20,000 nt of DNA from Halocafeteria seosinensis (GCA_001687465.1 LVLI01000132.1:106084-126083), one strand, 5' to 3'. Shown: positions 1-9,728, counted from the first letter of the stretch. Notes: a model not told the origin generated them from the sequence alone. Numbers and translations are program-made.

Positions 1-70
1 AGAACTTATCTTCTCAGCCTCTCCATGTGCTGGCATTGTTCATTCCCCGCTGTTGTCTTTTGTTCAACAG

Positions 71-212
71 GTACACCGCTGCAGACTATCGCGATAGGCT
101 GTACAAAGAAATCGCCCGAAAGAAAAAGGAAGCGAAAGGACCGTCTACGGGAAGCAGTACGCCGAATTCCACGACCAATAACGCTTCTCCCGCTGCAGAA
201 GGTTCGCAATAG
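71..212 (+). CDS. Probable last exon of a gene starting upstream of the window, product unknown (YTAADYRDRLYKEIARKKKEAK...EGSQ*)
   Basis: Pyrimidine-rich tract and acceptor (tcttttgttcaacag| at 70), then an open frame to TAG at 210-212 and a T-rich, 3'UTR-like sequence. Family not recognised. Confidence 0.6.
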
Positions 213-516
213 TCCTTGTAAGCATATTTATGCAGTTGTAGATGGTTAGTTTCTGTTGGGTTGGTTGTTTTTCTTTATGATTATTACACCGACGGAAAAT
301 GTCCCCGTAGCCGTGTCTTCATCGTCCATCGGTAGCGAGTACCTCGCAGTCCCCACATACCATCTTTTTATCCTGGAGATCTTTATAGGTTAAGCCGCAT
401 CAGATCTGTACCACCATATATATGAAATATATATGGCCTGTGAAGCCCTTTTTGTCCCCCTGGGCAGTTGACCGGTACAGTACTCCAGTGAGTGGTAGTT
501 GTTGGTGTTGCTTCCA

Positions 517-571
517 AAGGACGTCATCAGGACCAATTCTACAAGGACGTCATCCCAGGACCAATTCTACA
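517..571. repeat. Two-copy tandem direct repeat, ~27 bp
   Basis: aaggacgtcatc--aggaccaattctaca (517-543) and aaggacgtcatcccaggaccaattctaca (543-571) are identical except for a 2-nt indel. Confidence 0.9.
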
Positions 572-788
572 CAATGCCAGCTACACTGGCAAGGGCGCTT
601 GCCTTCTTTCAAAAAATCTTTGGGACGAATACATTCAAGTATACTACACAATATCCTCCCAATCCTATTAAGCAATAAACTGCTAGCTAGCCATGCGGAG
701 GTTGGGATGTGACGGAAACGGATACTGAAGTTCGGGTCTGCGTCAATGCTTTGAAGTCACTCGTTTATGCTGCCTCTCTCCTAGTGGA

Positions 789-1167
789 ACACACACACAA
801 ATGTGACAGATAGCCCACGTGGAACAGCGGGCCTGTAGCTACCAGACACGGGCGCCAGCTGCTACCTAGGTGTAGCGGCTAACATCCAAGAGGCGGTGGG
901 CCATCACTCACGGCGCCGCTGTGGCAGGCTCAGGGTCTTCTCCTGCCAGACTGAGCCTTGTCGGTACCTCTGACATTGTGGGCGCAGGCATGGCTCCTCC
1001 CGGTGCCTCCTGAGCTTAACCAGTGCTGTGTTCCCTCACGGCGCATGTCAGCAAGGCTGCAGGAACAGCGGGCCCGTCGCTGCTTAACACGGGCGCATAC
1101 CGCTCCTCGTTAAGAGGATGTGGTCAACTTCCCGGCCGGGGGCTATCTGTCACATTTGTGTGTGTGT
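789..1167. mobile_element. MITE-like non-autonomous element with perfect 28-bp terminal inverted repeats and a structured interior
   Basis: acacacacacaaatgtgacagatagccc (789-816) is the exact reverse complement of gggctatctgtcacatttgtgtgtgtgt (1140-1167). Flanked by GGA/GGA (786-788, 1168-1170), or GTGGA if the end is shifted, a possible target-site duplication. GC-rich interior, no credible ORF. Confidence 0.7.
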
Positions 1168-1280
1168 GGAGAGCCTGGGAACCCACGACTTTCCACAGCA
1201 GGCTTCGATTGCCAGCCAAAGCTGGCATTGAACATATTCATCCCCAGAATTCTCTAGGTTAAATGCCACACCGATAGCGA

Positions 1281-1458
1281 ACACACACAGTGAAATGTGA
1301 CTCGTGGCGGCGGTGTGACAACACAACGGGTATGCACCCAGGAACTGGTAGCGGTAAACACAATCAAGGTCTGAGCCATCCGGTCGTGAATATGCGAGGC
1401 AGAGTGCTCAGCGTACAATAGAGCTGGTTCCGGAGTCAGCGCTTCATGTTTTGTGTGT
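1281..1458. repeat. Degenerate second inverted-repeat pair related to the 789-1167 termini
   Basis: acacacacagtgaaatgtgactc (1281-1303) resembles the left TIR. gagtcagcgcttcatgttttgtgtgt (1433-1458) partly complements it (gagtca, ttca and tgtgtgt blocks). Confidence 0.35.
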
Positions 1459-2002
1459 ATTTATTTTCTTTCAAGAAACCGTTAGTATCCACCTACTCCA
1501 CCAACTAGCTACCGGCAACACAAGTTGCAACCACCGATGAACCAGGGTGCTATTGGCATGCATGAAGCCACAACTCAACCTTTGCTGAAGATCCCAGGCA
1601 TCTCCCACCGGATCAATGACCCGGAGACAGGGTCAATCCATTCCGAACTATGCCTCCAAGAGTCAGCGCTGTGTACCTCTGTCAATGCAACATTTGTGGT
1701 GGTAGAACCAATATGTGCAGATGGTTGTTTCCTCGAATGAGACTCCATTTCGATTGTACCTGTTGTTTATTCGACTATCCGCTGCGGGCAGCCTGCGGGG
1801 TCGATTCCCGATTCTCCGTTCACATTTGGCGGCGGTTTGAACTTTCTCCGCTGTAGGCCCCTCAACAGGTACACTTTACAGGTTATTCGGAGTTGTCGAT
1901 AAGTTTGGACATGTACTCCCGAAGCTTCTATCCGTTTAGCTCTCGTAATAACGAGCATTGTGCATTTAGACACTTCAAAATTGCAGGCTTGCTAGATTCA
2001 GC

Positions 2003-4277
2003 ATGTCAGGATCCACAGAGGAAATAACAGTAGAGAGGCCACTGGAAAAGCATGATGAGATCGCCATCCTGGATTTTGGCTCCCAGTATACGCACATCAT
2101 CGCTCGAAGGCTAAGAGGTAAGCTAAGACTGAAGTCTGTCCTGTCCTCGTCGCGGCTCCAACTTTGCGTGTTTCATGCCCCTACAGAATGCTCTGTGTTT
2201 TGTGAGATACATTCTTGTGAAATATCGGCTCAGAATTTAGTGAGAAATCGTTCAATCAAAGGTTTGATTCTGTCTGGGGGCCCAGCAAGCGTCTATGATG
2301 AAGATGCACCGCATGTCAGTCGAGAGCTCTGGGAGCTTGCTGAGGAGCGCCAGTGGCCGATACTCGGTATTTGCTACGGCTTCCAAGAAATGGTGCATCA
2401 CAGTGGAGGGAAGGTTGAATATGCGCTAGAACGAGAGTATGGTCTTGCCGTAAGTACACCCTAGCAGCTCTTGGTACCACCACTAGTGTTCAGACGGTCT
2501 CTCGACTCCAGCTGATAGAGCAAATGAGCGATGCTAAGAGTGGGCAACTCTTCGAAAACATACCGAGTAGTGTGAAGGTAAGCCACGCTTGCTAAGCATT
2601 ACCGGAATGCATGAAAAGAGCTTGGCTGTTTGGGGCTTGTCGGCAGGTATGGATGAGCCACGGCGACAAAATTGTGAAGCTACCGGAGCGAACGTCAGTT
2701 CTCGCGAAGACAGGTACAAGAAGTGCGGGTCACCCTTTGGCTTCTAGGTCGTCACTGTATTCACATTTTGGACTACAGAAAATACACAGTTTGCAGTTGT
2801 GGCTTGGTCGCAGCAAGACTGGTATGGAATCCAGTTTCACCCGGAAGTGTCTCACACAGAGTACGGAAGGCAGTTGCTCCAGAACTTTTGTATCAACATC
2901 TGCAAGGTACATCCGGTGAGTTGCAAATCAAAGCTAGATTGTTACGTTAGAAGAATGGTTGTTGAATTGGTTCCATCGCTGTTCAGAACTGGACTATGGA
3001 GTCATTTGTTGATGATGCCTTGGAGGAAATCAGGTTGAAAGTTGGCCCAGATGCTCATGTGATTGGTGCTGTCTCTGGTGGAGTAGATTCCACTGTCGCA
3101 GCCGCATTGATGACTCAGTATGTGTTATATTGCTTGATGATTTGTCTCCAAGGGTATTCATCCTACTGGTAAATTGCAGAGCAATCGGAAAACGCTTTCA
3201 CGCAATTTTGGTCGACAACGGTGTTATGCGAGAGCATGAAGTAGAAGAAGTTCAATGTCGGCTTACATCTGAGTGTGGTGTCGATCTTCGCGTAGTAGAT
3301 GCTGCTGAGCTATTTCTATCGCGTCTGAGGGGAATAGAAGATCCAGAAACGAAACGTACAATTATTGGTAACACGTTTGTAGAGGTAAGCCTCTGATATG
3401 GCGATATTGACGCTCCCTGCATTTTGAACGTCCCTTTCGCCCTTAACAGGTGTTTGAAGAGGAGGCGAAGAAGTTGACTAATGTAGAATACTTGCTCCAA
3501 GGGACGCTGTACCCAGACGTCATCGAAAGTGTTAGCTTTAAAGGTAGGAAGTGGTTATGTTGGCAGTTGGTTTCTACGGGACTTGACTAAGGCCTCTTTG
3601 GAGATCTCTACAGGGCCCTCAAAAACGATAAAGACACATCACAATGTTGGAGGTCTGTCGGAGAATATGAAACTTAAAGTTATAGAGCCACTCCGGGAAT
3701 TATTCAAAGATGAAGTGAGCTTCCCCGATACAGAACATCGTCCGTAACCCAGTTGCTGAATTACCGTCATCGTATCGCTGCAGGTTAGAGAGCTCGGGAA
3801 GGCCTTAGGGTTGCCACATGACAGTCTGTTTCGCCACCCGTTTCCAGGACCAGGGTTAGCTATCCGCATTATCGGCGCTGTTGATGAGGACTGCGTAGAT
3901 ACTCTACGTCGAGCTGACGCCATCTACGTCTCTGGTAGGTTGACTTCCGATTCGGTGTGGCGTTGTGTTTAGCGCTTTCTTAAGTTTGGTGAATTTCAGA
4001 ACTCCGCTCTAGCGGCGAGTACGACAATATCGCCCAGGCGTTTGCAGCCTTACTTCCGTGTAGGAGTGTGGGTGTAATGGGAGACAATCGGACTTATGAA
4101 AAAGTGATAGCCTTGAGAGCCGTACAAACGACAGATTACATGACCGCAGATTGGTACCGGTTTCCTTACGACGTTCTGGCACGAGTCAGTACACGGATCA
4201 TTAACGAAGTTCCCGGTGTTAACCGGGTCACTTACGATATATCGAGCAAGCCACCCGCCACAATTGAATGGGAATAG
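2003..4277 (+). CDS. GMPS: GMP synthase (glutamine-hydrolysing), ~535 aa, 11 exons. Introns 2118-2186, 2450-2511, 2578-2646, 2714-2778, 2916-2986, 3118-3179, 3385-3449, 3544-3613, 3715-3783, 3935-3999
   Basis: GATase motifs [38 protein letters not shown]. ATPPase motifs [43 protein letters not shown]-terminus [14 protein letters not shown]. All introns are GT-AG and join in frame. An alternative in-frame acceptor for intron 2 exists at 2493. Confidence 0.97.
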
Positions 4278-4753
4278 CCTATACCACTGTTTAGCAAGCA
4301 CTTCAGGAGCTTGGACTCATGCAGCATCCAAGTTTAGCGATATGTTTCCTAGAAAATAGATCTACTTCAAACATCTACAGTTTGTGTGTGGGGCGAATAC
4401 ATGGGTTATACTTATTACTAATGTACATCGAGCATCCCCAGCAGCGAATCTCAAGAGTTCTCACTTCGCGTCGAAGGCACCGGTACAGCATATATGGCAT
4501 TAGAGCCTTGGGATGAATATGCTCACTTTACCGCCACTGTAGCTTTTCTATCATTTAGCTAGTGACGACTGGCCAAAATACTTATTCGACCGAAGATCAT
4601 ACTCGGAGTTTACGAAGCAGTTACTGCCGCTCCGATAGCTGAGTGATACACATGCACCCAGCGTAATCACCGCTCATTGGGGTGGACAGCATTGTGGTAT
4701 CACGTTTGTCAGACGTTTCTTCCCCGTATGCACTACTATGCAGTAGCATTATG

Positions 4754-4825
4754 GCGCCGGGCTGAGCGGAGTTGGGGGAATAGCGAGGTAGGTTTTTCCC
4801 AAACCCTGCTTGTTAACTCCGCTTG
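4754..4825 (+). other. Long stem-loop upstream of Hpt paralog A (putative cis-regulatory structure)
   Basis: GCGCCGGGC followed by stems gcggagtt/aactccgc, agcg/tgct and ggttt/aaacc with loop ttccc. A similar element lies at 7458-7514. Confidence 0.45.
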
Positions 4826-5114
4826 AAAAAGTTTGCGATGTGGACAAGGGAGTCAAGTGGCCCAGATGGATTTTGTCCGCTGAGTCTTGTTACTCCTGTG
4901 CTACTCGCGTGCTTTGTGGGTAGACAGGGCTGGGTCTGTCAGTTACGGCGGTCAATGCTGGCATGCAGTCTGTTGCTTTGATCACTGTACGCGAACGAAC
5001 ATGGTTGAACGCCCTTGCCACACACACGTATAGAGAGATAAAACAAGAGACGCAGCTTTGCCAGGAACAGGCATACGATCTCTTCTATTAATACAGGATA
5101 AAAGACGGGTGAAA

Positions 5115-7129
5115 ATGAATACAGATACTTGGTCATGTAGGTAGAATACGGCGTTCCTCGTCACCTTGGTACTGCGTAATGCCAACCACGAGGAGCATAT
5201 AGCCCCGCCATATTGGTTTCTCACTCCTTTTACCTTTGTTTTGCAGCATGCTCGTATGAGGACCTTCCAATTGTGGACTTCGATAAGTGTGCCGAACAGG
5301 TACGTCAGGTGGAAGATGCAGATAGGCATCAAACAGTGACTGCGGTTCAAAAAGTTCGTCTTGGTTTGCAGGCGAGTGTATCTCGAGGGGAATACGACTA
5401 TGCCGGTGCCTTGGAGTTCCTTCTCATATTGTATGCTGAAGGAATTACACGACTTCGTTCTTTCCTCGAGGCTGTCCATGCGTTCGCCAACCACCAAAGT
5501 CTGACTGTTGACGTGGAAACACGTGGAACTGAGGGCAACGATTCACATTGGGATTCTCACCCTATTGAGAAGGCCATTGGAGACCACACTCACGCTATAG
5601 CCGGAAGTGCATCCAATACAGCTGTATGGCGAGTTGCTAAGGCCGCGAAGGAGGTATCCAACCAGATCAAAGAACACATTACACGCATGCAAAACAAAAC
5701 TGGCCAGCATGAGTTCCACACTGTCCAGGACAGAGAAATCACATCCACGAGAATTAATTTTTTGAGCACTCTGTTGGAAAATGGTTGGTTTCATGAACTG
5801 AAAGACAGATTTTATGAGTTTACGAAATATCTGGAAACAGACGTCGCGCAGAAAGTGAGTGTTCACAATACCATGAGTACTCAGACACCTTCAGGCTAAT
5901 CCAATCTCTGGATATATGGTTTGTAATAGGTGCAGGTTGATCAATCATGTACCGAAGATGAAATTAAGGAGCTACTAGAAGAATCTGGTGACGTTAATGG
6001 AGCTTCACTTGTACAATGGAGAAAGCATGCCGGAACCCGGCACTTCCAACAGTTCCTCGCTGACGTGCTTGATATTCCAAGGACGTTGCGTCGTCGTTAT
6101 GAAACTCCAAATTCAAGATTAGACGGGGAGAGCATCGTGAATTCTATTCCGTATGATGCAGTGGCCAATGATAGGAGCGATAATACCTACGGTATCCCCG
6201 GCTGGGAGTGGCCTCCCGACCGTCCCGAAGAGCAGAAATTGCGAGGTGTTAAAGTGGACAAATTCCCTGATAACGACGTGTCAAGGATGGTTGAACAGAG
6301 TGACTGGAATTGGTCTGAGCTAACAGAAATGCTCATCACGCACTATCACGAAGGTATCCAACACGTTCGAAACGTCACAAGGGCAGCCAGTGCCTTTCGC
6401 GAAGATGGTAAGCTATCGGTACTGACAGAAGATGGCCAGCGGGAAAATATAGAGAGTGCTATCAAGGCATCGGCTCATGCTATTAAAGGAAGCAGCGGGT
6501 CTCTCGGTTTACTGAAAATGTGGAAGATAGCCAAACTCATCGAACTGCCAAACAAGGCATTCTGGGAACGCTTGTCACCTGAAGAGAGCCATTTTCCTCC
6601 AGAAGAGGAAAGGCGCATCTTCCTAAACAAGTTTACGCATTGTCCGAATTTATTGTTCTTCTGGGTCCAGTTCCGGAATATTGCCATACTTCTGAAAGAA
6701 GTCATCCCACAGTACACTGACGTCCCGATGGATGAGTTACTTGCTAACATGGGCGAAGAACTGGATGGCAAAGACGAGTATGGTGTTTCATACGCTCAGT
6801 TGTACGAGCAGGTATCCACTGCCCACTTTGATTCTCAATTCGATGATATCATCATCTATAATCCTTTTGGGCCAAGTTACTATCCTCCTAGCTCCTCGTC
6901 ACGGAACGAGTCTCGAGGAGAGGAGCGTAGTAATGAGACGACGAGTCCTCGATTAGGAGGGAGCAACCCTGAGCCTAATGAAGAAACACATTCGGAAATT
7001 CATGGAATCTATCCACAAGGAACCGAAGAGTCAGGACGGGGAAGGTTTGAAAAGGATCGGCGTCCAAAGGAACCACCATCCCCCTCACAGAAACCTGCGG
7101 ATGTTGGCTGCCACTGTCAAGTGCTCTAG
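5115..7129 (+). CDS. Double Hpt-like domain protein A with C-terminal CaaX, ~585 aa. Introns 5137-5246 (tentative, start uncertain), 5300-5371, 5855-5929
   Basis: Hpt consensus AHxxKGSSxxLG matched by SAHAIKGSSGSLGLLKMWKIAKLIE (His codon 6476-6478). A second copy reads HTHAIAGSASNTAVWRVAKAAKEV (His codon 5591-5593). Ends GCHCQVL*. Homologous over most of its length to 7817-9719, with two shared intron positions. Confidence 0.8.
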
Positions 7130-7457
7130 AATTCTTGCACGGTGTTTTCACTACTTGCTTATTTTTTGGTTATGGTTATGCATGTTCGAGCACTACAACC
7201 ACACGGAAAAAAGAAGAAGAGAAAAAAAAGACGATACATTCGTATGCGTTGTAGAGTTGCACCAACTGGTGCAGCTTGTAGGTTGGTTGTCGTTTCCAGC
7301 GGTCGCCTTTAGCGATGTAGGCTAGAACCCAAGAACCAAATCTCACACGATGGTGCTCTTTTAGTATTATCTACGTACGTTAGGCACGTATCCCAAAATC
7401 TCTCCAGTTAGCATCGCTCCACTTCGTCCGCTTGTAGGAATCTGTTCGACGGTGCTC

Positions 7458-7514
7458 GCGCCGGGCCGGAAGAAGCCAGCGTGTGGTTTCGACCCAACCT
7501 CGCTGCTCCGGCGC
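7458..7514 (+). other. Long stem-loop upstream of Hpt paralog B (putative cis-regulatory structure)
   Basis: GCGCCGGGC overlapping stems ccgga/tccgg, cagcg/cgctg and ggtt/aacc with loop tcgaccc. Same stem order as 4754-4825. Confidence 0.45.
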
Positions 7515-7816
7515 AAGTCTAGTTACATCCGGTAGTTATGGCAGTGTCGATAGTTGGGCGTACCTCCTCGTTAGAGTAGACAAGATGCGAAACATGGATA
7601 GAATGCAGGACAATGAGCTGTATGTTTTTTGAAGGGGGGATCAGTTTTGAATAGGATAAAAAAAGATAACCTTCTTTTCCCCTTTATCTCCCTCTGTGGA
7701 CGGAGCCGCAAGAAAGAAGAAGAATATGAGTGGTATCCACCGCGCATACTAACTCTGCAGACTTCAAGTGCAGTTGCTCTCGTTGTTGCTGTACAATTTA
7801 GAGAGGGCGAAGTGCA

Positions 7817-9719
7817 ATGGAGTTCCCCTCCTCCGCCTCCGTGAACGACCGCGGCAACCCAAGAGCGAGTAGCGGAAGTCCAACTGCCGCGAATGGTCTA
7901 AGCGCGATCGATGATTACCCCCATTATTTGCAGACAGGCAGCAGCCACCGCCCGCCGCAACACTTGCGAATACGGTCTCCTGGTACGGTAAATTCGGAGA
8001 GTACAAGCACCACATCTTCCTCCCACTCCGAAGACTGGAGCGAGGTAAAACTAACGCAAGTCCTGGCTGGACTGCCTGTTTTGGACTACAGCCATTTGCG
8101 CTATGAGACAAGCGTATGTTGGGGAATCTTTGTGTGTGTTTGTGTATGTGTGGTATCCGCTTCATGGTCTGTATCCCCCTTTGCTTTTACAGAAGACCCA
8201 GCGGAACGAAAGTGATACCACTGTGGTGGCTGTCAAGGAATGCGTTCAGTTCTATGCCAAGGGTTGCGTGCGATTACGATCCATATTGTGCGCGGTAGAA
8301 AGCTTCATCCACCGGCAATCACTACAGGTGAAGATGTCGAATCCCAAATCAGCTCAGCCGCACGAGCTGGCAGTGGAGGATCTACTCGCCACTCAGGCAA
8401 AGAAGCTGTCGACGGAAGCCGCGAATGCTGGAGCATGGCAAGTAATGGAAGCTGCGCTGTATGTTTATCGGTTTATACACAAATACTCGCCGTGGATGAA
8501 ACCCCCGAGAGCTGCCAGGCAAGAGCGACCTACAGGGGAGCTTTTCAAGAAAGACAGAAGAAAATTCATGAAGCGGTTAACCAATCGTAGGAAACACTTG
8601 TTCAAACTCTTGACGACGTCCTTTCGGAGGTTTACAAGGATTGTTTCCGAAAAAGTAAGTAGTGGGAGCGTTTTCTGCTGTCCGTCTCGTTCGGTACAAC
8701 TAGTGGATTGTGTCTTCCGCGTGGAATTTGTGCAGTACATAAGCCCTGCCGATATCCAAGCTCTGCCGGAAGCATCGGATACCCGTACTGGTTTATCCTT
8801 ACGCGATTGGTTCCATAGGCTCAGTGAAACCTCGTTGGAAATTTATATAAAACGGTATTGCTCCATCTACGACGAGATGGTTGCCGCATCTTCCTCCTCT
8901 AGGGAAGATTCTTCTGCAAGGGATTCTTCGTCTGAAAAACAGCCAATAAAACGAGGCACTGGAGCTGAGCTGGTAGAATATATCCCCGACGACGAAGTCG
9001 CCAATGACCGAGATGATAACACATACGGTCTGAGGGGGTTCCAATGGCCTCCCTTGCATGAAAATGAAGAGCCCTTAATGCATATGGAAGTCGACAAATT
9101 CATTGATTCAGACGTACAACGAGCTATCCGTTCCTCGGATTGTCCGTTTGATCAGCTGTGCATTACGATGGAGTTCGGCATAGGCTTATACCTTGACTGC
9201 TTGGATAGTCTCTGGCAGATCCTGAAAGCTGCTAGTCTCTACCGGGAGGAAGGAAAGGATGTTATCTTTGATACAGACAAAGGTGAAGATGTAAGGATAG
9301 AGTCCATGATCCGCAACTGCGCCCACAAGATAAAAGGCGGAGCAGGACAGCTTCACCTGCTTAAACTGTGGAAAGCGGCCCGCTTAGTCGAACTTCCTGC
9401 AAAGCAATTGATGAGCAATGATCAAAGTTACAGCGATGAAGAGCGGAAGAACTTCCTGAATCGATTCACGAAGTGCAGGAATATTCTGTTTCTCTGGGTC
9501 CAGTACCGAAATTTGAGTGTGCTGTTGCACAGGCTCCCACGTTTCTTTGGCACGACAGTCGACGAGATCCGACGACACTCTGTGGAGTTCGAAGGCGATG
9601 AAGGAGAGGCGGATCTCAGCAATAAGCTACGAAGCATGTCTACGGAGAGTTTTGACAGCTACTTCCGCGGAATTCAAGTGTATGAGCCGTTCAATGATTG
9701 CACCTGGGTTCTGAGGTGA
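7817..9719 (+). CDS. Double Hpt-like domain protein B (first repeat lacks His), ~580 aa. Introns 8114-8192, 8655-8735. Additional 5' exons possible
   Basis: CAHKIKGGAGQLHLLKLWKAARLVE (His codon 9324-9326). N-terminal repeat reads QAKKLSTEAANAGAWQV. Blocks shared with paralog A: VANDRxDNTYG, WPP, VDKFxDxDV, EERxxFLNxFTxCxNxLFxWVQxRN, FDSxF...YxPF. Confidence 0.8.
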
Positions 9720-9728
9720 TAGCGCGCG

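Noticed and set aside
517..1132. CRISPR-like array
   Set aside because: Repeats occur only twice each, lack regular unique spacers, and the context is eukaryotic with no cas genes.
817..1139. Known ribozyme (hammerhead, HDV-like, twister, pistol), SRP RNA or integron attC identity for the structured element
   Set aside because: No CUGAUGA/GAAA core, no complete HDV nested pseudoknot, no SRP helix-8 motif and no matching GTTRRRY partner. Only short resemblances such as gcctgtag and ggctaac.
422..1973. Short ORFs in the left intergenic region (422-712, 1023-1262, 1525-1740, 1650-1856, 1767-1973)
   Set aside because: No recognisable motifs and no consistent splice chain. Some overlap repeats or start at non-ATG codons.
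2003..4277. GMP synthase as a frameshifted pseudogene or bacterial insert
   Set aside because: Every break is explained by a canonical GT-AG intron, and the short ~535-aa form is normal in many non-animal eukaryotes.
4982..5866. Minus-strand ORFs 4982-5497 and 5543-5866, and similar antisense ORFs over the other genes
   Set aside because: Shadows of well-supported genes on the opposite strand, with no motifs of their own.
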